A stretch of DNA of 61,990 nucleotides, the filler included. It is 6 parts of 6 records of this genome, joined end to end, with 100 filler letters (N's around TTAATTAATTAA, not from the genome) between each part and the next. Parts side by side here need not be neighbours in the genome. Positions count along the whole stretch, not along the records: positions 39,644 to 48,800 come from DRR723986_2959; positions 48,901 to 55,398 come from DRR723986_2961; 4 more parts are not named here. The stretch is one strand, 5' to 3'. The notes under the pieces are model-generated. The model was not told the origin of the DNA, did not search any database, and saw only the letters and a list, made by a program, of their open reading frames with translations. Below are positions 40,919 through 50,225 of the stretch, piece by piece; within the stretch, counting starts at the first letter, position 1; each line of letters starts with the position of its first letter. The position numbers and the translations under genes were made by a program.

Positions 40919-41545
40919 ATGTCTGGTTTGAAACTCTTCCGGTATGTGGCCTGGGCTGCTGTTGCCGTGCTCGCTGTCGTGTCCGGTGTTCTGGTCTATC
41001 AGCAGACTGCCGGCAACAAGGGCACCGGTGCCTTGATCGAGCCGCTTGCGGCCATTGGCGGCCCGTTCGAACTTGTCAGCGGCACCGGCGAAACGGTGAC
41101 CGACGAGACCTTCTCCACCAAGCCGACAGTGATGTTCTTCGGCTTTACCTTCTGTCCGGACGTCTGCCCGACCACCCTTTCCGAACTTCAGGGCTGGATG
41201 GCTGAACTCGGACCGGATGCGGACAAGCTCAACTATGCTTTCGTCACTGTGGATCCGGAACGCGATACGCCCGAAGTCATGCGTGACTATGTCTGGGCAT
41301 TCGACAAGCGTATAGTTCCGCTGACCGGTTCGCGGGAACAGATCGATGCGATGCTGAAGGCCTATCGGGTCTACTCCAAGAAGGTGCCACTTGACGATGG
41401 CGACTATACGATGGACCATTCCGCTGCCGTCTACCTGATGAGCGCCGACAACAAGTTCGTCGGTACCATTGCCTATGGCGAGGCGGAGGAAAATGCCCTG
41501 AAGAAGCTGCGCAGGCTGATCGACAACGCACCTGCCTCTTCCTGA
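40919..41545 (+). CDS. SCO1/SenC family copper chaperone
   Basis: FGFTFCPDVCP (CxxxC), TVDPERD, MDHSA. Confidence 0.94.
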   Translation: MSGLKLFRYVAWAAVAVLAVVSGVLVYQQTAGNKGTGALIEPLAAIGGPFELVSGTGETVTDETFSTKPTVMFFGFTFCPDVCPTTLSELQGWMAELGPDADKLNYAFVTVDPERDTPEVMRDYVWAFDKRIVPLTGSREQIDAMLKAYRVYSKKVPLDDGDYTMDHSAAVYLMSADNKFVGTIAYGEAEENALKKLRRLIDNAPASS

Positions 41546-41715
41546 GACAAGTATCTGGAGCAAGCCGGACACGATGCGTATGCCGCTGTTCATGGGACTG
41601 ACCGCCGGCGCGACGGGCCTCGTCGCGCTTTCGGCGTTTCTGTGGCTATATGCCGGTGAACGGGTTTATGCCGACCGCCTGATCTCGGCAATCGCCGGCT
41701 GCTTCTGAAGACCGC

Positions 41716-42456
41716 ATGTCCAAACAACGCCTCGACCAGCATCTCGTTGATACGGGTGTCTTTCCAAGCCGCGCACGGGCGCGTGACGCAATCCTGCGCG
41801 GAACGGTGAGTGTCGATGGTCATCTATGCACCAAACCGGCGCAGAAAACTTCGGCAGACGCCAGCATCACAGTTAAAGATCCCGCTTCCGGTTATGTAAG
41901 CCGGGCCGCGCTGAAGCTGATCGAAGGCCTCGACCGGTTCACGGTCGACCCCGCAGGCCGGATCTGCCTCGATATTGGCGCGTCCACAGGCGGATTTACC
42001 CAGGTTCTGCTGGAACGTGGGGCCAAAAAGGTTCACGCCATCGATGTCGGGCATGGTCAGTTGCACGACAGTCTGAAGTCACACCCGAAGGTGGCCGCGC
42101 GCGACGGCCTCAACGCCCGGGACCTGACCTCACAGGACCTTGGAGGAGACGCCCCGGCTCTGCTTGTCTCGGATGTCAGCTTCATCTCGCTAAAGCTTGC
42201 CCTTCCTCCCGCTCTTGCGCTGGCTGCACCGGGTGCTGAAGGCGTCTTTCTGGTGAAGCCGCAATTCGAGGCGGGCAAGGACAAAATCGGCAAAGGCGGT
42301 CTGGTCGATCCGGCAATTGCCGAAGAGACTGCAAAATCCCTGCAAGCTTGGCTGGGCACCATTCCCGGCTGGCAAGCAGGCGACCTCGTCCCCTCGCCCG
42401 TCAAGGGTGGTGACGGCAATGCGGAATGGCTGCTCTACGGAAAGAAAGCCGACTGA
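41716..42456 (+). CDS. tlyA: TlyA family rRNA 2'-O-methyltransferase
   Basis: S4 domain RLD..L, YVSRAALKL, DIGASTGGFT, DVSFISL, LVKPQFE, GGDGN.E. Confidence 0.93.
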   Translation: MSKQRLDQHLVDTGVFPSRARARDAILRGTVSVDGHLCTKPAQKTSADASITVKDPASGYVSRAALKLIEGLDRFTVDPAGRICLDIGASTGGFTQVLLERGAKKVHAIDVGHGQLHDSLKSHPKVAARDGLNARDLTSQDLGGDAPALLVSDVSFISLKLALPPALALAAPGAEGVFLVKPQFEAGKDKIGKGGLVDPAIAEETAKSLQAWLGTIPGWQAGDLVPSPVKGGDGNAEWLLYGKKAD

Positions 42457-42583
42457 GGGCTGTCGCCTTTCATCTCCTTTGACGTCTGGTGAAAGCGCAA
42501 AAGCCTGTTTCCATCAAGGGAGCGGAAAGCACGTCCCATGATCAAGACTTGCCCAAACCCCTACTTGGCGTTATCGCTCGCCC

Positions 42584-43816
42584 ATGAGCGAGAGAGAGAT
42601 TGAAATCACCACGCTCGGTCACCGCGGCGACGGCGTTGCCGAGACGGAGACCGGGCCGATCTACGTGGCCGGGGCCCTGCCCGGGGAAATCGTCCGGGCG
42701 AAAGTCGTGGACGGGCGCGCCCAAAAGCATGTGATCGAAAAGCCGTCGCCGGACCGGATCGAACCCGTGTGCCGTCATTACTCCGCCTGCGGCGGCTGTT
42801 CCGTACAGCACCTTGCGGAAGAGCCGTACCTTGTCTGGAAAAGCGGGCTTGTCGAAAAGGCCTTGCGCGACCGTGGCATCGAGACCGAAGTTTCCGGGAC
42901 GATAGCTGCGACCATGGGGGGGCGACGCCGGGCTGTACTGACGGCCACCCGCGCCGGACGCCACACCTTGCTCGGTTACCATGAAAAGGCCAGCCACAGG
43001 CTGGTCGATATCGCCGAATGCCCGGTGCTCGACCCGGTCATCGTTGAAGCGCTGCCCGGTCTCAAGTCCCTCGCCTCGGAAGTGCTTCCGAAAAAGGGTG
43101 AACTGCGGATGACCGTTCTGGTAACGACCACCGGTCTGGATGTGGCCCTCGACAAGGCCGACAAGGGATACGAGCGCAAGATCCCGGCCCTGTCGCAAAA
43201 GGTCGTCGATCAGAACCTTGCGCGGCTTTCGGTCAACGGTGAAGTCATTCTGGAGTTGCGCCCGCCGCTGCTCGACATGGGCGGCATCGGCATTGTTGCC
43301 GCGCCCGGCGGGTTTGCCCAGGCGACGCTGGCAGCGGAACATGCGCTTTCCAAGCTGGTAATTGACGGTGTCGGCAAGGCCAAGACAATTGCAGATCTCT
43401 TCTCCGGCGTCGGCACATTCGCGCTCAGGCTCGGCCGACAGGCAAATGTGCATGCGGTCGAAGGCGATGCTGCGGCACTGGCCGCCTTTGACAAGGCCCT
43501 GCGCAAACCCCAAGGCCTGAAGAAGGTAACCTTTGAACGGCGAGACCTGTCACGCAGGCCGCTGGTGAAGGAAGAGCTGGAGCCTTACGACGCCGTGGTT
43601 TTCGACCCGCCGCGCGCAGGCGCTCAAGCCCAGGCAGAGCAACTGGCGCTATCCAAGGTCAAGACGATTGTTGCCGTCTCCTGCAATCCGGCGACGCTTG
43701 CCCGGGATCTGCGCATCCTGCTTGACGGCGGTTACGTGCTGCAAAGCGTCACACCGGTGGACCAGTTCCACTATTCGCCCCATATTGAAGCAGTGGCGGT
43801 GTTGACCAGACCTTGA
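42584..43816 (+). CDS. 23S rRNA m5U methyltransferase (RlmD/TrmA family)
   Basis: TRAM-like N-terminus, CRHYSACGGC, FAQ, DLFSGVG, DPPRAG, VSCNP, DQF..SPHIE. Confidence 0.9.
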   Translation: MSEREIEITTLGHRGDGVAETETGPIYVAGALPGEIVRAKVVDGRAQKHVIEKPSPDRIEPVCRHYSACGGCSVQHLAEEPYLVWKSGLVEKALRDRGIETEVSGTIAATMGGRRRAVLTATRAGRHTLLGYHEKASHRLVDIAECPVLDPVIVEALPGLKSLASEVLPKKGELRMTVLVTTTGLDVALDKADKGYERKIPALSQKVVDQNLARLSVNGEVILELRPPLLDMGGIGIVAAPGGFAQATLAAEHALSKLVIDGVGKAKTIADLFSGVGTFALRLGRQANVHAVEGDAAALAAFDKALRKPQGLKKVTFERRDLSRRPLVKEELEPYDAVVFDPPRAGAQAQAEQLALSKVKTIVAVSCNPATLARDLRILLDGGYVLQSVTPVDQFHYSPHIEAVAVLTRP

Positions 43817-43830
43817 TCAGGGAGTGAGCC

Positions 43831-44940
43831 ATGAGCGCGGCGGATGAGGAATTCGGACCTGTCAAGGGAACCCGCAGCCTGCCGCCGCTCCTGAGCCTTG
43901 CCCGGCGAACGCGCTATGCGCTTTACCAGGGCAGCCGGGTCGCGCTCTACACCCTTCATTCCGAAGCCATGCGGCAGATGAACCGGGATCTCCAGAAACA
44001 GCTTCCGGAAACGCCGAAGGTGGTGCCGACCGGCCCGGTGCCGAGCCAAAGGCGCATGCTGTCGGACATCGTCAAGCTTTTTGCGGATGATCTGAAGTCC
44101 GTCGAGGACGGGATTTATCCGCTGCCTTCCGATGGCACCATGACGCCGGGCGAGCTGATCGCGACCAGCCGTGCCTTCTTCAAGGACGTGCCGGAGGTGG
44201 CACGCCGTCGCGCAAGCGGTGCACATCAGGAGGTCAATTCCACCGAGGGGTTTGCCGCAGCACTGCCGCGCTATTACCGGCAGAACTTTCATTTTCAGAC
44301 CGATGGCTGGCTGTCGGAGGAAAGTGCCAGGCTCTATGACTTCCAGGTGGATGTGCTTTTTTCAGGTGCCACTGCCGCCATGCGTCGACGGGCCCTGGTA
44401 CCCTTCGCCAGGATCTTGCGCCGCAAGGACCAACGCCACGTTTCGTATCTGGATATCGCCTGCGGCACCGGCGGTCTCTTACGGCCCGCCCTGGCCGCAT
44501 TTCCGCGCCTCAAGGGCACGGGGCTCGATCTGTCGGAACCCTATCTGAACGTTGCCCGTGAGCGCCTGCCGTCGCGCCGTGCCGGCTATATCTGCGGCCT
44601 GGCCGAAACTCTGCCATTTGCGGACAATTCTCTCGACGTCGTTTCCTGCGTCTTCCTGTTCCATGAACTGCCGCCGAAAATCCGGCGTCAGGTCATCTCG
44701 GAGGTCGCACGCGTTCTGAAACCCGGCGGCTCCTTCCTTTTCGTCGACAGCCTGCAAACCGGAGACGTGCCGGAATATGACGGCCTTCTGTCGGTCTTTC
44801 CGCAGCTTTTCCACGAGCCCTATTTTACGTCTTATCTCAGCGAAGACCTGACAGGTATTGCCAAGGCGGCAGGGCTCGAAGAGAGCTGGATGGTGCCTGC
44901 CTTTGTCTCCCGCGTCGCGGAGTTTATCAAAAGCGACTGA
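43831..44940 (+). CDS. Class I SAM-dependent methyltransferase
   Basis: PRYYRQNFHFQTDGWLS, LDIACGTG, LDLS, FLFHELP, LKPGG, FHEPY. Confidence 0.88.
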   Translation: MSAADEEFGPVKGTRSLPPLLSLARRTRYALYQGSRVALYTLHSEAMRQMNRDLQKQLPETPKVVPTGPVPSQRRMLSDIVKLFADDLKSVEDGIYPLPSDGTMTPGELIATSRAFFKDVPEVARRRASGAHQEVNSTEGFAAALPRYYRQNFHFQTDGWLSEESARLYDFQVDVLFSGATAAMRRRALVPFARILRRKDQRHVSYLDIACGTGGLLRPALAAFPRLKGTGLDLSEPYLNVARERLPSRRAGYICGLAETLPFADNSLDVVSCVFLFHELPPKIRRQVISEVARVLKPGGSFLFVDSLQTGDVPEYDGLLSVFPQLFHEPYFTSYLSEDLTGIAKAAGLEESWMVPAFVSRVAEFIKSD

Positions 44941-44942
44941 TC

Positions 44943-45011
44943 TTTCAGTATTACTGAAAAATCTCATTCCTTCTCTTGAGACTGAAAACAATCAGGCGTA
45001 TATCGAACGCC
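44943..45011 (+). promoter_or_regulatory. Operator-like palindrome plus sigma70-type promoter implying a leaderless transcript
   Basis: TTTCAGTA-T-TACTGAAA (44943-59); TTGAGA(44976-81)-N17-TATATC(44999-45004); ATG at 45012 lies 7 nt past the -10 with no SD. Confidence 0.62.
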
Positions 45012-46331
45012 ATGAGATTGGATCTATGGCTCTTGCAGACAGGGGAAAGCCGCAGCGCCTTTGCGCGCCGCGCCAACCTGTCGCCTGCCTCCGTAACCGC
45101 CCTATGCAATGACCCCAATGTCTGGGTCTCGCGGGATATGGCCCGCAAGATCGCCATTGCCACCAATGGCGCCGTAACCCCCAACGACTTTCTCGGACTG
45201 TCTACAACCAAGGAGCATCCCGTGTCCCAGGCCCGTGTCGCAGAAGCAATCCGCGCATTCGAACGTGGTGAAATGGTGGTCGTGACTGACGATGACGACC
45301 GCGAGAACGAAGGCGATCTGATTGTTGCCGCCGCCAAGGTCACGCCGGAACAGATGGCCTTCATGGTGCGTCACACCTCAGGCATCATCTGTGCGCCGAT
45401 GACGGTTGCCCATGCACGGCGCCTGCGTCTTGACCCTATGGTTGCCGAAAATGATGCTCCGCTTGCGACCGCCTTCACCATTTCCGTGGACTACCGCCAG
45501 GGTCTGACCACCGGCATTTCGGCCGAAGAGCGCTGCTCTACCGTACGCGCACTTGCAAACCCCAATGTCGGCGCTGACGACTTCGTCCGCCCCGGGCACA
45601 TCTTCCCGCTGGTGGCCAAGGAAGGCGGTGTCATGATCCGCTCCGGCCACACGGAAGCTGCCGTCGACCTGTGCCGTCTCGCCGGCCTGGAGCAGGTTGG
45701 CGTCATCAGCGAGCTGGTGAACGACGATGGCACCGTGAAACGCGGCCAGCAGGTTGCCGAGTTTGCAGCCGAGCATGACCTGAAGATGGTTTCCGTTTCC
45801 GACCTGATCGCCTGGCGCCAGCGTACCGAGAAACTGGTGGAACGCGTCAACGAACAGCCCGTCGACACAGTTTTCGGCCCGGCCTATGCCACCACCTATT
45901 CCACCCCGTATGACCCGATGCACCATCTGGCCATCGTCTACGGCGACATTCTGGATGGCCGCAGCGTGCCGGTGCGCCTGCAACTGGAATCCGTGCTTGA
46001 TGATGTCTTCGGAGACGTCCAGCCACTCGACCAGATCATGAAACACTTTGCGGATCGCGGCCGGGGTGTCATCGTCTATCTCCGCGAAGGGTCGGTGGGC
46101 GTTGCCCGTCAGTCCAAGCGGCCGAGATCCGACTTCGAAGCCGCTGATTCCGAGGAACACAGCTCCGCACAAGCTAGACAGGAACAATGGCGTGAGGTCG
46201 GGCTTGGTGCACAGATCCTGAAGGACCTGGGCGTCAGTTCAATTCGCCTGCTGGCCTCCCGTGAGCGTCATTACGTTGGGCTGGAAGGCTTCGACATCAA
46301 GATTGACGAAACAGAGATCCTCGACACCTGA
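45012..46331 (+). CDS. ribB: Cro/XRE-like HTH fused to DHBP synthase with a degenerate GTP cyclohydrolase II domain (HTH-RibBX)
   Basis: RibB motifs DDDDRENEGD, GIICAP, AFTISVD, TTGISA, RPGHIFPL, RSGHTEA; about 70-aa N-terminal 'SRSAFARRANLSPASVTAL...IAIATNGAVTPNDFL'; C-domain lacks the Zn-binding cysteines. Confidence 0.9.
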   Translation: MRLDLWLLQTGESRSAFARRANLSPASVTALCNDPNVWVSRDMARKIAIATNGAVTPNDFLGLSTTKEHPVSQARVAEAIRAFERGEMVVVTDDDDRENEGDLIVAAAKVTPEQMAFMVRHTSGIICAPMTVAHARRLRLDPMVAENDAPLATAFTISVDYRQGLTTGISAEERCSTVRALANPNVGADDFVRPGHIFPLVAKEGGVMIRSGHTEAAVDLCRLAGLEQVGVISELVNDDGTVKRGQQVAEFAAEHDLKMVSVSDLIAWRQRTEKLVERVNEQPVDTVFGPAYATTYSTPYDPMHHLAIVYGDILDGRSVPVRLQLESVLDDVFGDVQPLDQIMKHFADRGRGVIVYLREGSVGVARQSKRPRSDFEAADSEEHSSAQARQEQWREVGLGAQILKDLGVSSIRLLASRERHYVGLEGFDIKIDETEILDT

Positions 46332-46354
46332 GGATCCTTCGGAAGGGGCCTTTC

Positions 46355-46909
46355 ATGGCGGCGAAGAAAGAGGCAGTCAAACAAGAGGAAAACGTGAAGC
46401 CGACACCGGTGCCCTTCACCGTCGGCTTTAACCGCAGTCAGAGCGAAAGCATTGTCTACGGCAGCCTCATCCTCGGCATTCTGTTCGCCGTGATCGGGAT
46501 TGTCGGCAATCTTCCCTTGCTGGCCCTCGCCGCCCTCGCCCCGCTCGCAATTGCCTTCTGGCACTATCCGATGATCGAAAAAGGCAAGCCACAGCTCGGC
46601 GCCAACGAAGACGGGCTTTATGTGGAACGCATCGGTTTCATCGACTGGGCCGCAATCCGGATGACGGACGTCAAACGGACGTCCGTCCGCAACATCGAGC
46701 TGGTCCGGCTGGACGTCCTCCTGACCCGTTCACTGGATGACGCCGTCACCAAGGCACAGACCTTTCCGGTCTGGAAAAAGTTCATGATGCGCAACTGGAA
46801 GCGCACGCCGCGCGAGCATGGCCGGGAGCTGATTGCGATCAACCTTCACACGCTTGCAGCCGACCCGGAAGAAATCCTGAGCCGCATCCGCGCCTTCAAG
46901 TTTGTCTGA
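46355..46909 (+). CDS. Hypothetical membrane protein (2 TM plus soluble domain)
   Basis: Clean ORF with GGAAGG RBS and a hydrophobic hairpin; follows ribB. Confidence 0.7.
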   Translation: MAAKKEAVKQEENVKPTPVPFTVGFNRSQSESIVYGSLILGILFAVIGIVGNLPLLALAALAPLAIAFWHYPMIEKGKPQLGANEDGLYVERIGFIDWAAIRMTDVKRTSVRNIELVRLDVLLTRSLDDAVTKAQTFPVWKKFMMRNWKRTPREHGRELIAINLHTLAADPEEILSRIRAFKFV

Positions 46910-47042
46910 GATATCGCGGCCCTGGCACCAAGCCGGGCCGCGATTTATTGGAAGACGACCAAACCAAGCCTGCTCATCGTGATCATCCCGGCCGGGCAAA
47001 GCCGGAACCGGGATGAGGTGAGACGAGCAGACCCAGGCAACC

Positions 47043-47948
47043 CTACATCAGGTTTTCCTTGAAGAAGTCGACGGTTCTCTGCTCTGCGAGCTTTGCAGCC
47101 TCTTCGTCGTAGCGCGGTGTCGTATCGTTATGGAAGCCGTGGTTCACACCCGGGTACATATGCGCCACGTAGGTCTTGCCGTTGGCCTTCAGAGCTTCCT
47201 CATACGCCGGCCAGCCCGCATTGATACGCTCGTCCAGCTCTGCATATTGCAGCATCAGGGGCGCTTCGATCTTGGAGACATCCGCAGGATCCGGCTGACG
47301 TCCGTAGAAAGGCACGCCCGCGGCAAGCTCCGGATAGGCGACCGCAATTGCATTGACCACACCGCCGCCGTAGCAGAAACCAACCGCCCCAACCTTGCCG
47401 GTACTGTCGTCACTGTTGAGGAGATACTCGAAGCCGGCGAAGAAATCATTCATCAGCTTGGTGCCATCGACCGTACGCTGCAATTCGCGGCCCTGATCGT
47501 CGCTGCCCGGATATCCGCCGACCGAGGTCAGTCCGTCCGGCGCCAGCGCCATGAACCCGGCCTTGCCGAGGCGGCGCGCAACATCCTCGATATACGGATT
47601 GAGACCTCGGTTCTCATGCACGACCAGCACCGCCGGCAGCTTGCCGGTCGCACCTGCAGGCTTCACCAGATAACCGTTGACCTCGCCATGGCCATTTGGT
47701 GACGGGTAAGTGATGCGTTCGGTGACGATCCCCGCATCATCGGGAGCAACCTGTTGTGCCAGCGCATAATTGGGCGAAAGCTGATCCAGCAGCATGGCCG
47801 CCGTCAGTCCACCAACCGCGAATTTTGCTGCCCCGTTCATGAACTCGCGCTTGGTAATCTTTCCATGCGCGTAGAAATCATAAAGATCCAGAAGCTCCTG
47901 AGGAAAATCCTTTGCCGTCATACGGCGCACAGGCGTCATTTCATTCAT
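47043..47948 (-). CDS. Dienelactone hydrolase family protein (YghX-like), Tat-like leader
   Basis: [39 protein letters not shown]. Confidence 0.9.
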   Translation of the reverse strand: MNEMTPVRRMTAKDFPQELLDLYDFYAHGKITKREFMNGAAKFAVGGLTAAMLLDQLSPNYALAQQVAPDDAGIVTERITYPSPNGHGEVNGYLVKPAGATGKLPAVLVVHENRGLNPYIEDVARRLGKAGFMALAPDGLTSVGGYPGSDDQGRELQRTVDGTKLMNDFFAGFEYLLNSDDSTGKVGAVGFCYGGGVVNAIAVAYPELAAGVPFYGRQPDPADVSKIEAPLMLQYAELDERINAGWPAYEEALKANGKTYVAHMYPGVNHGFHNDTTPRYDEEAAKLAEQRTVDFFKENLM

Positions 47949-48070
47949 GTCATTACTCCCTGAAATGCATGAGACGTCATGCTGGAGATAAAACTAGAGA
48001 GTTGACGGGCAAGGTCCATGGCCCTTGCCTTCCGGAATTGTAACGAGTTGTAACGCTGCGAAGTTGCCCG

Positions 48071-48800
48071 TCAGCCGATCTGGCCGCGATGACGCAGGAA
48101 ATGGTCCGCCAGAACGCAAGCCATCATCGCTTCGCCGACCGGCACCGCGCGAATGCCGACGCAAGGGTCATGCCGCCCCTTCGTCATGACGTTGACCTCC
48201 TCACCCTTGCTGGTGATCGACTTGCGCTCGGTGAGGATCGAAGACGTCGGCTTGACCGCGAACCGGACGACCAGGGGATCGCCGTTGGAGATCCCGCCCA
48301 GAATGCCGCCGGAATTGTTGCTCAGGAAGACGGGCCGGCCGACATCATCAAGACGGATCTCGTCTGCATTGTCTTCACCGGTCAGGCTTGCGGCATCGAA
48401 CCCGTTGCCGACCTCGACCCCCTTGACCGCATTTATCGACATCATCGCAGCAGCAAGATCCGTGTCCAGCTTGCCGTAGATCGGCGCGCCCCAACCGGCG
48501 GGAACACCTTCGGCAACGACTTCGATGACGGCACCGACGGAAGACCCGGCCTTGCGGATGCCGTCCAGATAGTCCGCCCAGAATGCGGCGGCCTTTGCGT
48601 CCGGAGAAAAGAAGGCGTTGTTATCGACTTCCGCCCAGTCCCAATTAGCCCGGTCGATCTTGTGCGGTCCAACCTGCACCAAAGCGCCGCGAACGGTTAC
48701 GCCCTGCAACACCTTGCGTGCGACGGCGCCGGCGGCAACGCGCATGGCGGTTTCGCGCGCCGAGGACCGTCCACCGCCGCGATAGTCGCGGATGCCGTAT
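48071..48800 (-). CDS. aroC: Chorismate synthase (5' partial)
   Basis: [50 protein letters not shown]. Confidence 0.97.
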
Positions 48801-48900
48801 NNNNNNNNNNNNNNNNNNNNNNNNNNNNNNNNNNNNNNNNNNNNTTAATTAATTAANNNNNNNNNNNNNNNNNNNNNNNNNNNNNNNNNNNNNNNNNNNN
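48801..48900. other. Artificial contig linker
   Basis: N44-TTAATTAATTAA-N44. Confidence 0.99.
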
Positions 48901-48995
48901 CCCGCGGGAACATCCAGCGACACATGGTCCACCGCCGCGTTGTTTCCAAAGCGGCGGACCAGTCCGCTGCAGGACAGGTCAGACTCTGTTGCCAT
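48901..48995 (-). CDS. ABC transporter ATPase, N-terminal fragment
   Basis: MATESDLSCSGLVRRFGNNAAVDHVSLDVPA, 5 nt after the SBP stop. Confidence 0.75.
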
Positions 48996-49000
48996 AAGGA

Positions 49001-50074
49001 TCAGTTCGCCGCCTGGACGCGATCCAGCACCTGCCCTTCCATGGCTTCCAGCCCCGGCGGTACCGGCGGATACCATTTGATGTTGTTAATAGCTTCTTCA
49101 TCGAAGCTCAGGCGATAGGCATCCCGCAGCTCGGCGTTCACAAACTCGTCGGCGCCTTTGGAGGCCGTGAAGTTACCGGAGGCATTGGTGATTTTGGCCG
49201 CAATTTCCGGCTGCATCACGAAGTTTATCCACTTGTAGGCGGCCTCTTCGTTCTCGCTGCGGCGTGGGATGGCAAAGGTATCAATCCAGCCCAGGGCTCC
49301 GGATTCCGGCGCCACAAAGCGGATGTCCGGGTTCTCCGCATTCAGCTTCCAGCCGCCGGCATCCCAGGCCATGGCAGCGGTCACTTCTCCGGTACGAAGC
49401 AGCGACAGCAGTTGGTCGCCACCGGTCCAGTAGGTTTTCACGTTGTCTTTGCAGTCGATCAGTTTGTCTTCCACTTTCGCCATGATGGACTGGTACTCGT
49501 CCCGGTCTTCATAGGCCGCAAACGGATCCATGCCCATGGCGAAGGCAAAGCCGATCAGCGTCGGCCGCTTCAGGCGGTAACTCACTTTGCCAGCCACTGC
49601 CGGGTCACACAGATCGGTGTAATCGGTAACGGTGTCCGCGACGGAACTGTGCACAATCAGGCCACTGGTGCCCCAGACCGAGGGCACACCGTAGGATTGA
49701 CCATCCAGAGCCGTCGACTCCTGAGTCGCCTTCACCATCGACGCCTGCAACTGGCCGGTATTGATGCGGCTGTAATCAATGGGCTTGTAGATGTTGAACT
49801 GGCGCTGTACACCCACGATACGATCCTGGCTCGGCTGGGCCAGATCAAAACCGGCGCCGCCGGTGGCCCGAAGCTTGGAGATCATGTCCTCGTTGTTGGA
49901 CAAGGTGATCTTTACATCAATCCCGGTTTCTTCCTCGAACTGGGCGACCACCTCATCCGGGGCGTAGCCACCCCAGGTAATCAGGCGAAGTTCTTCCGCC
50001 AGCAGGTTGCCGGAAGCTGTGGTTGCGGCCAGCAGGGTGGCCAGTGCTGATATCCGTGTCTTGCGCAGTGCCAT
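49001..50074 (-). CDS. PotD/PotF-like ABC substrate-binding protein
   Basis: Signal peptide; LITWGGY, FDLAQPS, WGTSGL, AWD, GWIDTFAIP, AYKWINF. Confidence 0.85.
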   Translation of the reverse strand: MALRKTRISALATLLAATTASGNLLAEELRLITWGGYAPDEVVAQFEEETGIDVKITLSNNEDMISKLRATGGAGFDLAQPSQDRIVGVQRQFNIYKPIDYSRINTGQLQASMVKATQESTALDGQSYGVPSVWGTSGLIVHSSVADTVTDYTDLCDPAVAGKVSYRLKRPTLIGFAFAMGMDPFAAYEDRDEYQSIMAKVEDKLIDCKDNVKTYWTGGDQLLSLLRTGEVTAAMAWDAGGWKLNAENPDIRFVAPESGALGWIDTFAIPRRSENEEAAYKWINFVMQPEIAAKITNASGNFTASKGADEFVNAELRDAYRLSFDEEAINNIKWYPPVPPGLEAMEGQVLDRVQAAN

Positions 50075-50174
50075 GGTCGTTCATTCCCCTGAAACGGTGT
50101 TATGCGAACTCGCTAAGGTTTTGTTATCAGGAAGTTATAGACCATGTATTTCAGTTTTGTGAAACCCGGATAAT

Positions 50175-50202
50175 AAAAAACGGAGGCCGAAGCCTCCGTT
50201 TT
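50175..50202 (-). terminator. Rho-independent terminator after potD
   Basis: Stem AAAACGGAGGC/GCCTCCGTTTT with a TTCG loop on the minus strand, followed by T6. Confidence 0.88.
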
Positions 50203-50225
50203 CCAGGTTCATCATGCTCTTCCGG

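Noticed and set aside
44941-45011. FMN riboswitch, or terminator of the methyltransferase gene, upstream of ribB
   Set aside because: The gap is only 71 bp with no RFN consensus; the palindrome is AT-rich with a 1-nt centre and no following U-tract, which fits an operator better than a terminator.
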